64,000 nucleotides of DNA from a virus (IMGVR_UViG_3300028886_000028:64001-128000); one strand, 5' to 3'. Counted from the first letter of the stretch, positions 20,090 to 30,065 are shown. Notes: generated by a model from the sequence alone, not told the origin. Translations and numbers: made by a program.

Positions 20090-21182
20090 ATACAAAACCT
20101 ATTTTCCTTTGTTTCTTTTCTGAAAAATCATTTTTCTTATGAGCATTATGAGCATCGGCAAGAGTCATAGGCTCTTTTGCTTCAGGATATATTGCTTTTG
20201 TTTTTTCTAATGATAATTCTTTAAATTCGTATTTTAAAGAAAGTCTTCCTTTCCTGAGAAGCGCTTTATCAACCTTTTCCAAATCACAATTGAATGTACA
20301 AATGAATTTAATTTTCATTGATTCTGCTATTATACCATCAGTTAGATTTAAAATAGTACCAATTGATTCATTTACACTATCTTCTCTACTTGATAACAAT
20401 TTTTCACAATCTTCAAACACTATTACAGCATTTTTGTTTTCCTGTAAAAACTCCAAAAACAAACCGTCACTTATAGATTCACATACAGATGTGTCAACAA
20501 ATATAAAGTTTGTTTCCCTGTTATCGTTTATTAAAGATTTAACCAATGATGTCTTGCCGGTTCCTGGCTTTCCGTAAAGCATAATAAGTCCTGCATTTTC
20601 ATCCCTTATGATTGAATTCATTTCTTTGTAAGGAACATCATCATTATAGTTGGTATCAATATTACTTTTCCAATCGTTAAATTTACAAACAGTTGTGTCA
20701 ATTGAATACTGGCCTCTATATGCTATCCTATAACTATTTTCATCGTTAATTACATTTTTAATAACAAGAGAACCTTCAATCAAACTGCATACAGTTTCTA
20801 AATCATCACGATTTGTTGCAATGCTAATGTCATCAATCGCTCCATATCCGGAGGTGTCAGCGTTAAGTTTTAGAATAATCTTATCTCCAACTATGAATAT
20901 TTGACCTTCGTGAATTTGGAACTTAATACCATCAAATGCTGCAACTAAATTTTTAACTGTTGGTGTTAAATCAATAATGTTGTTTCTACCATCCGTCATA
21001 GGCTCTTCAGAGCTAACAACTTCAACAGCAAAACCAGTTTTTTTCTTATTGAAATGATATATATAACCAATATCATCAAAAAGATAAGAGAACAATCTGA
21101 CTTTTGTTATTCCCTCATAACTGTCTATAGACATATCGCTAATAAGTTTAATTAAGCGAATTTTAATGTGTTCATCTAACAT
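20088..21182 (-). CDS. AAA+ ATPase (BCS1-like)
   Basis: Walker A GKPGTGKT, Walker B VIVFED, SRH TFN...DKALLRKGR. Confidence 0.9.
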   Translation of the reverse strand: MLDEHIKIRLIKLISDMSIDSYEGITKVRLFSYLFDDIGYIYHFNKKKTGFAVEVVSSEEPMTDGRNNIIDLTPTVKNLVAAFDGIKFQIHEGQIFIVGDKIILKLNADTSGYGAIDDISIATNRDDLETVCSLIEGSLVIKNVINDENSYRIAYRGQYSIDTTVCKFNDWKSNIDTNYNDDVPYKEMNSIIRDENAGLIMLYGKPGTGKTSLVKSLINDNRETNFIFVDTSVCESISDGLFLEFLQENKNAVIVFEDCEKLLSSREDSVNESIGTILNLTDGIIAESMKIKFICTFNCDLEKVDKALLRKGRLSLKYEFKELSLEKTKAIYPEAKEPMTLADAHNAHKKNDFSEKKQRKIGFV

Positions 21183-21218
21183 TTAATATATTATTTGTAT
21201 TTATAGTTAAACTCGATG

Positions 21219-21226
21219 CAAATATA
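21219..21226 (-). promoter_or_regulatory. Bacteroidota-type -7 promoter element for the AAA ATPase
   Basis: TATATTTG on the minus strand. Confidence 0.65.
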
Positions 21227-21344
21227 CATAAAAAAAATATAAAAAAAAACTTTTTTATGTTAAAAAATATTAAAATATTAGATATTAAATATTTGTTTAT
21301 ACGTTTTTTTTACATTTATTAATAAATTATCTAAAACTATCAAA

Positions 21345-21351
21345 TATTTAT
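21345..21351 (+). promoter_or_regulatory. Putative late promoter TATTTAT (tail sheath)
   Basis: The motif recurs about 12-45 nt upstream of structural and leader-bearing genes. Confidence 0.55.
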
Positions 21352-21392
21352 TATTAAATAAAAATAATAAAATATAAAAATATAAAGAAATT

Positions 21393-24300
21393 ATGGCAGA
21401 TAATGCAAGAGGAGTTCATGTCTCACCTGGAGTTTATTCACGTGAAATCGACCTAACATATGCTGTGAAGAGTCTTGGTATTACAACACTCGGTGTTGCT
21501 GGCGAAACAATGCGTGGCCCAGCATTCCAACCAATGCATATTGAAAACTGGCGCCAATTTACTGAAGTTTTCGGTGGAACAAGTACAGAAAAATTTAAAG
21601 GAAGCCAATATCCTAAATATGAGTTACCTTATATTGCAAAGTCATATCTTACTGAATCTAAACAATTGGAAGTTGTTCGCGTTCTTGGACTTAGCGGATA
21701 TAAGGCTGGACCCGCATGGGTTGTAACAGCTAATAGGCCAAACGCTAATGGTGAAACGGTTAAAAAAGATATGGTTGTTGCAGTTCTCCGTTCAAGAGGA
21801 CATTATGAAAAATACCATAAGTTTGATGTAAATAAAGATTCATGCGAATGCCCTTCAAGTGCATATGATAAATTAATATATGAAGTTGGAGAAATAAAAA
21901 GAGAAAGCGGAACGTGCAATGTTTATGGCTATAACGATATTGTCAAACTTAAAGCCTATAAACCTTTGTATGCAGCAGGAAATGAATGTACAGGCTATGA
22001 AATAGACGGCATGGCCAGTGATTTCAAAGTAAGTTCAACAAATTATGGAAGATTTACAATTTATGGATTGAAAGGATTCCAATCTACTGGTACTACAGAA
22101 ATTTCTAGCGGCAATTCTGATTATTTTGAGTATTCTGTTTCTTTAAATCCTCATGATAAAGATTTTATTTTGAAAGTTTTAGGAACAGACCCTCAAGATG
22201 GCGATGCACCATTATATGTTGAATCATTGTATGATGTTGCACTTGCTCATGGTATTATGGATGGAATTACTGAACCAACTTATATTGACGGTATTAATCA
22301 AAAACTTACATTCTATAATGTATACGACCCATCTGATTATTGTGGTTTAGAGCCTATAAATGGTTTACTTAGGCTACAAGAATCTTCTTTACAGAGAAAA
22401 AATGTTGGTCAGAGATTTGTTGCAGATTGCAGCACAGTTAGCAACGAGGATTATAAAGGTGATGTGTACATTTATGCTCACCCATATGATTATGAGACAG
22501 GATTACCATTTACATTTGATAATTTGTTTAAAACAACCGCAACTGCAACAGAAAATAAAGATAGTTCTGGCTCTATAACATCATATACTGTTACAGTAAA
22601 TGGTAATTTAGATACAGAATTTGTTAGTAAAAATTTTGGCGATGCTTCCGGCTCTGTATGTTGCATTTATGATGATGAAATCAAAAAAATAGATGAAATT
22701 AATTTTACCGGTACCGGAACATGCGCAACAGCAGAAGAAAGCGGCACTACAGTTGAAGCAATAATCGCTGACCATTTTACACCTGAAGGGTTAATATTAT
22801 CAATAATAAATAAAGACCTTATTGGACAAGTATTTACAGTAGCAAGATATGTCGATAATCAAGGAAAAGTTCATTATTTCTACAAATACTATCCTGAAGC
22901 AAATGTAAAAAAATGGGGAGAAGACCATAAAAATGTTGACCTAGTTCCTATAGTTGATAAGTTGCAATCAGGTAGCGAATCTATTACAAACAAAGATTAT
23001 AATGATAAGGGAGAATCCACAAGACTTGTTATAGTTAAAAATTTAGCCGATAACTTGTACTATAAATTAGTGGAAGATGAAAATATTGAGAAATCTGATT
23101 GTGGCGGAAAAGATGTAAGGTTTGTAAATTGCGACCTTAACAACTATGCTTCTCCGTATAGATACGCTTCTACTCCTTGGATTGTTTCTAACCTTAAGGG
23201 AGATTACAATCATATAGAACTGAATAAGTTGTTCAGATTCCATACTATTTCTGATGGTACTAATTCTAACTACGAAATCAAGATTTCTATAGAAAATATT
23301 AGGCCTGATGAGGGTGTATTCGATGTAGTTGTAAGAGATATAAATGATAGTGATGAATTCATTATGCCACTTGAGAAATTCTCAAAATGTACATTAACCC
23401 CTGGCGATAGGAATTATATTGGTTATAAGATTGGTACATTTGATGGAATTTATGAAACAAAATCTAAATTCATTACAGTAGAGATTGCTGAAGGAACTGC
23501 TGTTGAACATTCTGCACCTGCTGGTTTCTTAGGATACCCAATGGCTCATTATGATGGTTTGGAAATTGTTTCTCCTAGCGAAGAAAATGAGAAAAAAGTT
23601 GATGGCCCAACTATCAAGTACAACTTGTACTACGATAATGATGTTAAGAACAGAAAACAGTATTTTGGCTTATCTACAAGAGTTGGTGTTGACGTAGACA
23701 CATTCACATATAAAGGAAAAGCCGCATATATTGATTTACCAGAGATGTTAACGCAAGGCTTCCACCTTGACTCAAGACTTGACAAGTCTAATTATAAAGG
23801 AGGGCATTTGCCATATATTACTGTCGATGGAGAAAGTGGCTATACATTCGATGCAGTATCTGTAAACAACAGAACATCAGTTCTTACTGACATTCCAGCC
23901 ATTGGAACTGAAGAACTTATGAACGGTTCAATTTATGAATACGTAAATCTTCGTAAGTTCACAGTTTATTTCTATGGAGGATTTGACGGATGGGACATTT
24001 ATAGGAATCAGAGAAGTAATACTGATGACTTTAAGATGTCTAAATATCTTGGAGTGTATGACAATAACAGTGGAGAAGGATATTCATTCAATAGAATTGA
24101 TGACCCTGATGGACTTGGTTTAAATCAAAATGGTATTACATCTGACTGGTATGCTTATCTTGCAGCATATAGACAGTTTGCTAACCCTGAAGCTGTAGAT
24201 ATTAACGTATTTGCTTCTCCTGGTATTGATTATGTTAATAACAAAACTCTTGTTAATGAAGTAATTGATATGCTTGAAGAGGAACGTGCAGACTCAATCT

Positions 24301-25025
24301 ATGTTGTTACAACTCCAGATAAACCAAGTGGTGCAGCAGATTTCGTAGACGAAATGTATACGCCTGACGATGCTGTTTATAACCTTGAGGATACTGAAAT
24401 TGATTCAAATTATACTTGTACATATTATCCTTGGGTTAAATATCTTGACCAAGATAATAACCAGTATATTTACTTGCCTGCGACAAAAGACGTTGTACGT
24501 AATTTCGCACAGACAGATAATCAAACATTCCCTTGGTTTGCACCAGCAGGTCTTGAACGTGGTGATGTTAATTGCGTAAGAGCACACTTCATTACAAAAT
24601 TAGCTGACGAAGATGTACTTTATGAAGGAAGAATTAACCCAATTAAGACATTCGCAACAGATGGAGTTAAAGTTTGGGGACAGAAAAACTTACAAGTACG
24701 TGAGTCACAACTTAACAGAATTGCAGTTCGTAGACTACTTCTTAGAATGAGAAAACTTATTGCAATCGCTTGCAGAAGTTTGATATTCGAGCCAAACGAC
24801 CCAGTAACAAAGAACATGTTCTTGAGCGCAGTTTCTCCAATTATGGACAATATTAGAGCGAATAGAGGTATTTCAGATTATAAGATTGAAGTAAATGATA
24901 CGCCTGAATCTCGTGACAGACGCGAATTACCGGCTAAGATATATTTCAAACCTTATAACGCATTAGAGTACGTTGTTCTTGACTTTATACTCACGCCAGA
25001 AGGTGTTTCATTTGATAATATTTAA
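21393..25025 (+). CDS. Contractile tail sheath protein (T4 gp18-like)
   Basis: SPGVYSREIDLT, GPAFQP, YYPWV, PWFAPAGLERG, RINPI, WGQKNL, RIAVRRLL, FEPND. Confidence 0.95.
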   Translation: MADNARGVHVSPGVYSREIDLTYAVKSLGITTLGVAGETMRGPAFQPMHIENWRQFTEVFGGTSTEKFKGSQYPKYELPYIAKSYLTESKQLEVVRVLGLSGYKAGPAWVVTANRPNANGETVKKDMVVAVLRSRGHYEKYHKFDVNKDSCECPSSAYDKLIYEVGEIKRESGTCNVYGYNDIVKLKAYKPLYAAGNECTGYEIDGMASDFKVSSTNYGRFTIYGLKGFQSTGTTEISSGNSDYFEYSVSLNPHDKDFILKVLGTDPQDGDAPLYVESLYDVALAHGIMDGITEPTYIDGINQKLTFYNVYDPSDYCGLEPINGLLRLQESSLQRKNVGQRFVADCSTVSNEDYKGDVYIYAHPYDYETGLPFTFDNLFKTTATATENKDSSGSITSYTVTVNGNLDTEFVSKNFGDASGSVCCIYDDEIKKIDEINFTGTGTCATAEESGTTVEAIIADHFTPEGLILSIINKDLIGQVFTVARYVDNQGKVHYFYKYYPEANVKKWGEDHKNVDLVPIVDKLQSGSESITNKDYNDKGESTRLVIVKNLADNLYYKLVEDENIEKSDCGGKDVRFVNCDLNNYASPYRYASTPWIVSNLKGDYNHIELNKLFRFHTISDGTNSNYEIKISIENIRPDEGVFDVVVRDINDSDEFIMPLEKFSKCTLTPGDRNYIGYKIGTFDGIYETKSKFITVEIAEGTAVEHSAPAGFLGYPMAHYDGLEIVSPSEENEKKVDGPTIKYNLYYDNDVKNRKQYFGLSTRVGVDVDTFTYKGKAAYIDLPEMLTQGFHLDSRLDKSNYKGGHLPYITVDGESGYTFDAVSVNNRTSVLTDIPAIGTEELMNGSIYEYVNLRKFTVYFYGGFDGWDIYRNQRSNTDDFKMSKYLGVYDNNSGEGYSFNRIDDPDGLGLNQNGITSDWYAYLAAYRQFANPEAVDINVFASPGIDYVNNKTLVNEVIDMLEEERADSIYVVTTPDKPSGAADFVDEMYTPDDAVYNLEDTEIDSNYTCTYYPWVKYLDQDNNQYIYLPATKDVVRNFAQTDNQTFPWFAPAGLERGDVNCVRAHFITKLADEDVLYEGRINPIKTFATDGVKVWGQKNLQVRESQLNRIAVRRLLLRMRKLIAIACRSLIFEPNDPVTKNMFLSAVSPIMDNIRANRGISDYKIEVNDTPESRDRRELPAKIYFKPYNALEYVVLDFILTPEGVSFDNI

Positions 25026-25044
25026 AAACAGCATTTTATAATTG

Positions 25045-25077
25045 TTGTGGGTTAACTCTCGTTAGCCCACAATTTTT
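25045..25077 (+). terminator. Intrinsic terminator after the sheath gene
   Basis: TTGTGGGTTAAC-TCTC-GTTAGCCCACAA followed by a T run. Confidence 0.85.
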
Positions 25078-25121
25078 ATTTTTCTTTTTTTGAAAATATT
25101 TATTGAAAAATAGTATACGTT

Positions 25122-25604
25122 ATGAAAAAACCTAGTAAAATTAAAACAGTATCTGCCAAAAAGGCATTTTTATTGCCATCTTCTTTCGCGGCAATAACTC
25201 TTTTTGGCGTGGTTTATTGCAAATCAAAAGCAAAAGCAGATAAAATAAATGAAAGCGATAAGATAGATAGTCAACTTGAAAGTCATGAAACAATACATGT
25301 TAGGCAAGCAGAGAGTACAAAAAATTCTTGGCTTTTGTTTTATTTAATTTACATTTGGCAATGGATTAAAAATTTACAATTAATTTTTATAGATTCACAC
25401 GCTCCTTATAAGTTCATGCCATTTGAATTGGAAGCGTATAGGTATCAAGATAATTGGGATTATTGTTTTGGAAAATGCGAAAAATGGAAAGAATATAATA
25501 AATTGAAATTAAAAGAAAAATATTATTTAGCAAAAAAGTATTATAGTAATAAAACATATTTTCCCAGTTTCATTTATAATAATGTGGATGAATTTTTAAA
25601 TTGA
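25122..25604 (+). CDS. Small zincin-like (HExxH) protein
   Basis: HETIHVRQ and PFELEAY; hydrophobic segment WLLFYLIYIWQW. Confidence 0.65.
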   Translation: MKKPSKIKTVSAKKAFLLPSSFAAITLFGVVYCKSKAKADKINESDKIDSQLESHETIHVRQAESTKNSWLLFYLIYIWQWIKNLQLIFIDSHAPYKFMPFELEAYRYQDNWDYCFGKCEKWKEYNKLKLKEKYYLAKKYYSNKTYFPSFIYNNVDEFLN

Positions 25605-25632
25605 TATAAATATTTATATAAAAAATATTAAC

Positions 25633-26028
25633 ATGAATAAAAAAAATAATTTTGTAAAAGATTTGCTTAAAGATTTAAAAAATACTTCTAAATATCTTTC
25701 AGAAGCATATATATTTGATGGCCAAGAAGGAGCGCCAGAAATACCAGGAGAAGAGCAAGAAATGTATCGCGGAGAACACCAAGTTGCTGACCCAACAGTT
25801 CCACAACAGCAGCCACAAGCTGCGCAACAAGGAGATAATGCGGAGGAACAAGCAATGCATGCACAAGAAGTTATTAAGCACGAACCAATTATCGGAAGAA
25901 TAAGAGAAACTGCCATAGAAGGATTGAAAAAATATTCTGACAATCCAACATCAAAACTTTATGAGTTCTTTAAAAAAGTGTTCTTGGAAAGCGATAAAGT
26001 TTTAACAGATACAGGAAGCAAAAATTAA
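25633..26028 (+). CDS. Hypothetical late protein (possible prohead core component)
   Basis: YLSEA site followed by a Q/E-rich linker; TATTTAT at 25611. Confidence 0.65.
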   Translation: MNKKNNFVKDLLKDLKNTSKYLSEAYIFDGQEGAPEIPGEEQEMYRGEHQVADPTVPQQQPQAAQQGDNAEEQAMHAQEVIKHEPIIGRIRETAIEGLKKYSDNPTSKLYEFFKKVFLESDKVLTDTGSKN

Positions 26029-26084
26029 ATTAAATTTATTGCTGTAAAAGATAAATATTAATGGGAACAACATACTTGTTTATA

Positions 26085-26115
26085 AAAAATGCAGCCATTT
26101 TTGACTGCATTTTTT
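26085..26115 (+). terminator. Intrinsic terminator, AAATGCAGCCAT family copy 2
   Basis: AAAAATGCAGCCATTTTTGACTGCATTTTTT. Confidence 0.8.
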
Positions 26116-26244
26116 GTTTATTGGGGCCAAACCATATATAATTGCCAAAATTTTAAAAAAAGAGAATTTTTTTGTTGAAAAAATATAATATTATATATTT
26201 ATATTAAATAATTAAAATAATCTAGATTAAAATATTTATTTACA

Positions 26245-26733
26245 ATGAGTGATTTACTTTTGAAAATGCCATTGAATTATGAGCCACTCCGGAAGAATAG
26301 ATGGCTATTTAGATTTCCAGCAGATTTGGGAATTCAAGAGTGGTGGTTATCAAGTGCAGCTCGTCCTTCAATAACACAGGATGAAACTCAAATACCTTTC
26401 TTGAACACTTCAACATATGTTGTAGGTCGTTATACTTGGGATACAATTCAGGTTACTCTTCGTGACCCAATCGGCCCTTCAGCATCACAGGCTGTTATGG
26501 AATGGGTTCGTTTACATTCTGAATCTGTAACTGGTAGACAAGGCTATGCAGCCGGTTACAAAAGAGATGTTGAACTTGAAATGCTTGACCCAACCGGTGT
26601 TGTGGTTTCAAAATGGATTCTTAAAAACTGTATGCTAACTACAGTAAACTTTGGTGACTTGGATTATCAGTCTAGTGATTTGGCAACAATTCAAATGACC
26701 CTGAGGTTTGATTATGCTATATTAGCGTATTAA
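26245..26733 (+). CDS. Tail tube protein (T4 gp19-like)
   Basis: NRWLFRF...RP...W.TI.VTL.D...EW...YKRDV.L.MLDP.G...W.L.....FGDLDY; downstream of the sheath. Confidence 0.92.
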   Translation: MSDLLLKMPLNYEPLRKNRWLFRFPADLGIQEWWLSSAARPSITQDETQIPFLNTSTYVVGRYTWDTIQVTLRDPIGPSASQAVMEWVRLHSESVTGRQGYAAGYKRDVELEMLDPTGVVVSKWILKNCMLTTVNFGDLDYQSSDLATIQMTLRFDYAILAY

Positions 26734-26759
26734 TCTGATAATCATACTATTAGTAATTT

Positions 26760-26785
26760 TGGCGCGCTTTATGTGCGCCATTTTT
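26760..26785 (+). terminator. Intrinsic terminator after the tail tube gene
   Basis: TGGCGCGC-TTTAT-GTGCGCCA-TTTTT. Confidence 0.8.
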
Positions 26786-26822
26786 ATTGGCAATAATATA
26801 GCAGTTTGCACAACTAATTCTT

Positions 26823-26851
26823 AAAATGCAGCCATTTCTGACTGCATTTTT
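26823..26851 (+). terminator. Intrinsic terminator, AAATGCAGCCAT family copy 3
   Basis: AAAATGCAGCCATTTCTGACTGCATTTTT. Confidence 0.75.
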
Positions 26852-26887
26852 CATTTGCACTGATATTTATTATAAAATTATAGTAAT

Positions 26888-27208
26888 GTGAAAAAGATTA
26901 TAAGATTGACGGAATCTGACTTGCATAGAATAATAAAAAGGTCAGTTAGCAAGATATTGAGAGAGGGCGTATTAGGAAACGACTGGCGTCAAAATGAAGA
27001 TGATGCATTAAATAACTACGAGCCATTTGAAGACCAGATTGATAGATATGAAGCTGAAACAGAATTCAGAAATCAACATAGTGATGCATTGGGTTGGAAT
27101 GATGACGAAGCAGAAGGATATGAGGAAGACCCTGATTGGCATAGAGATGATGTTAGCGGGTGGAATGGAGATATATCTGATGGCGATTTATATAGAGGCA
27201 CATGGTAA
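26888..27208 (+). CDS. Small acidic protein with leader KKIIRLTESDLHRIIKRSVSKILREG
   Basis: GTG start; own TATTTAT at 26864 and terminator at 27264. Confidence 0.75.
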   Translation: MKKIIRLTESDLHRIIKRSVSKILREGVLGNDWRQNEDDALNNYEPFEDQIDRYEAETEFRNQHSDALGWNDDEAEGYEEDPDWHRDDVSGWNGDISDGDLYRGTW

Positions 27209-27263
27209 AAATAAAGTAATCTATATAGATTATATGATTGTGGATGCGGAGTTTATGTTTACA

Positions 27264-27302
27264 AAAGGAATAAGTAAAAAATGCTTATTCCTTTATTTTT
27301 TT
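27264..27302 (+). terminator. Intrinsic terminator
   Basis: AAAGGAATAAGTA-AAAAA-TGCTTATTCCTTT followed by a T run. Confidence 0.75.
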
Positions 27303-27328
27303 TAATAAATGGCTATTTTTTAAAAAAA

Positions 27329-28756
27329 ATGAACATATTAATAGTTAATTATAATACGCAAAATCTAACTAATGCTTGTATATTAAGTGTTTTAAAAACC
27401 ACTCCTGATGTAAACATATATGTGTTTGATAATAGTGATATTGAACCTTTTAAAAATAGTTATGATAATGTAACTGTAATAGATAACACTAAAGGAGATA
27501 TTATTAATTTTGATAAAATACTTAATAGTTATGATAATAAAACAGAATATGGTGCTGAAAGTGGTTTTGGAACTTTGAAACATACTATGAGTATTGATAA
27601 ATGCTTTGATATAATAAATGATAATTTCATTCTTCTTGATTCTGATGTGTTAGTTAAAAAAGACTTGACGGAATTGTGTGACGAAGGCTGCATATATGTT
27701 GCTGATGAAGAAATAAACGGTAAATCAAAAAAAATGCGTGTATCTCCACATGTTTGTTTTATCAATGTTAATGCATGCAAAAAGTATGGAATAAGGTATT
27801 ATGATGAAAAAAGAATTGTAGGTTTATCAAAAGAATCTGATGATTATGATACTGGTTCATCATTTTATTTTGACTGTAAGGGGCATAAGTCAAAAAAAAT
27901 TACAGAAAAAAATTGGATTGTTCATTACGGTGCCGGAAGTTGGGTTAAGATGACTAAATTAAAAAAAATCAGTGAAGATGAGTGGCTAAAAAAATATATA
28001 GATTTATGGAGTGATAAAAAAAAAGTGAATGAAAGCAATGTTGACATTTTTATTTGTACTCATAAATCATTTGAACCAAAGGTTAAGTCCAGTAAATATA
28101 AAATAATTGATAGTAGATATATAACTGTTGATTTGCCATTGAAAGATGATTTTTTTAGCGAATTTTACCAATATAAATACGTTAATGATAATATTCCTCT
28201 TGAGAAATATGTTGGCTTTTGCCATTATAGAAGGTATTTCAGTTTTTTTGATGATGTGCCTGATTTAGATTATTTATTTTCAAAATGTGATATTATTATA
28301 GGCAAACCAATTAAATATGATTTTTCTATAAAAGAACAATATGAAAGATGTCATAATATAGAAGATTTATACTTGATTGGCGGTATTTTGACTGACAAAT
28401 ATCCTGAGTATTCAGATGTGTGGCATAATTTTATTAATGGTAACACATTTATACCTTATAATATGTTTATAATGAAAAGTGAAGATTTTAAAAAGTATTG
28501 TGAGTTTATTTTTACAATAATGGGAGAATATTTAAAAATTGTAGGCGTTGATATTTATAAAAGAATTGAAAATAACAAAGAACATTATTTGAAACATATT
28601 AAAGATTTACCTCAAAACAGTAAAAGCTGGTATCAATATAGAATAGGAGGGTATATAGGAGAAAGGCTAACAAATATTTTTATCATTAAAAATTTTAGTA
28701 AAGCCATGTATTATAAAGTTATAACTACTGAAGATAAATATAAAACTGACAAATAA
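27329..28756 (+). CDS. Two-domain glycosyltransferase (GT-A/GT2-like plus DUF4422-like)
   Basis: ILIVNYNT, VFDNS, LLDSDV, YDTG in the N-half; IFICTHK, VGFCHYRRYF, PYNMFIM, RIGGYIGERL in the C-half. Confidence 0.8.
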   Translation: MNILIVNYNTQNLTNACILSVLKTTPDVNIYVFDNSDIEPFKNSYDNVTVIDNTKGDIINFDKILNSYDNKTEYGAESGFGTLKHTMSIDKCFDIINDNFILLDSDVLVKKDLTELCDEGCIYVADEEINGKSKKMRVSPHVCFINVNACKKYGIRYYDEKRIVGLSKESDDYDTGSSFYFDCKGHKSKKITEKNWIVHYGAGSWVKMTKLKKISEDEWLKKYIDLWSDKKKVNESNVDIFICTHKSFEPKVKSSKYKIIDSRYITVDLPLKDDFFSEFYQYKYVNDNIPLEKYVGFCHYRRYFSFFDDVPDLDYLFSKCDIIIGKPIKYDFSIKEQYERCHNIEDLYLIGGILTDKYPEYSDVWHNFINGNTFIPYNMFIMKSEDFKKYCEFIFTIMGEYLKIVGVDIYKRIENNKEHYLKHIKDLPQNSKSWYQYRIGGYIGERLTNIFIIKNFSKAMYYKVITTEDKYKTDK

Positions 28757-28779
28757 AATATTAAAAAAAGGATATACGT

Positions 28780-29571
28780 ATGGATAACAAAGAAATTTTA
28801 TATGAAATATCATTAAAGTATAACACATTAAAAATGTATGAAAGTACTATAGAAGAAATGAAAAAAAATAACATTTCCGGAAAATCTTTAGACGCTGTTA
28901 TCTTTGAAAAAAACGTCGTTGAAAAAGAACTTATTGATTTATTGAATCCAAACACTCCTACTCCTGAACATGGATGGCTTAAAAACCCATCAATAAGTAA
29001 TGGCAATGAATTTATTCAAAAATTGCAAAAAAAGGCTGAATATAATAGTTTATATGATATTAGGAAAAATTTTTTTGATGATATAGTTAAAGAGAGTGAT
29101 AATTCTATTGCTAATGATTTTTCTAATGAAATAAATTTTAAAAAGCCGACATATGCTGAAATACAGGAAAAGATTTCAGATTCTCAATGGATTAGTATGT
29201 CTAACTTTATAGTTAATTTTCCTAAAAATAAGGTTAATATTGACGAATGGAGGGTATCTAGTTTTTATTATACTTCAGGAGATATATATGTAATTGTTAA
29301 TGATTTTGCTGAAAAAAAAGATGATGGTAAATATGTTATTTTATCTCAAATAATAGAAGATTTATATGTTAATAGTGAAGATGTAATTGGAAATATAATT
29401 CTTGATGTGGTTAACAACAACGGAGATACGTTATATAGCATTAATTTTTCAAATTGTAAGTTTAGCGATGCTTCTCCGGATTCTTTTACATATGAATCAA
29501 CAGAATTAAGAAAAATTAATTTGCATTTTACTTATGATAATTTTAAAATAATTCCTCCAACTGAAAAATGA
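28780..29571 (+). CDS. Protein with a C-terminal tail-tube (gp19)-like domain
   Basis: The C-terminal ~110 aa align with the tail tube gene 26245..26733. Confidence 0.55.
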   Translation: MDNKEILYEISLKYNTLKMYESTIEEMKKNNISGKSLDAVIFEKNVVEKELIDLLNPNTPTPEHGWLKNPSISNGNEFIQKLQKKAEYNSLYDIRKNFFDDIVKESDNSIANDFSNEINFKKPTYAEIQEKISDSQWISMSNFIVNFPKNKVNIDEWRVSSFYYTSGDIYVIVNDFAEKKDDGKYVILSQIIEDLYVNSEDVIGNIILDVVNNNGDTLYSINFSNCKFSDASPDSFTYESTELRKINLHFTYDNFKIIPPTEK

Positions 29572-30065
29572 GGCAACCCATAAAAAAAGGAAAGGTTATT
29601 GATGGTAAAAAGCCCAAGCCAAAAAAAAGGTTAATTAAACCTAATGGCAAATTAGAAAAAACTCATCCTAAGTTTGGCACATCAAAACTCGAACAGGATT
29701 TTGCAGAGCAATTTTTAGACAAACTTGGAGTTGAATATATATGGCAATTTGAAGCAAAAGATATTGGTAGGTTTTATGATTTTAAAATAAAAAATGGCCC
29801 AATAATTGAAATAAATGGCTCTTATTGGCATGGCGACCCTAGGTTATATGAAGAAAAGGATTTGAACAAAACTCAAAAAAACGCAAAAAGAATTGATGAG
29901 TATAAAGAGAAATGGGCTTTAATTAATGGAATACCAATTTACTATATTTGGGAAAAAGACATACGTGAGAACCCATCAAAGGTAATGTTATTTTTGAAAA
30001 AAATATTGTACAAATCTGATATTAAAAAAGAAAAAAATAAAAGGCATAAAAACATTTTGAAATAA
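29568..30065 (+). CDS. Vsr/DUF559-like PD-(D/E)XK endonuclease
   Basis: SKLE...F, YDF, IIEINGSYWHGDP, IWEKDI. Confidence 0.75.
   Translation: MRQPIKKGKVIDGKKPKPKKRLIKPNGKLEKTHPKFGTSKLEQDFAEQFLDKLGVEYIWQFEAKDIGRFYDFKIKNGPIIEINGSYWHGDPRLYEEKDLNKTQKNAKRIDEYKEKWALINGIPIYYIWEKDIRENPSKVMLFLKKILYKSDIKKEKNKRHKNILK

Noticed and set aside
27027-27305. 92-aa alternative-frame ORF
   Set aside because: It overlaps the leader gene and runs through a terminator hairpin; no motifs.
29568-30065. Mobile homing endonuclease or intron
   Set aside because: A free-standing Vsr-like nuclease coupled within the operon, with no interrupted host gene or flanking repeats seen.
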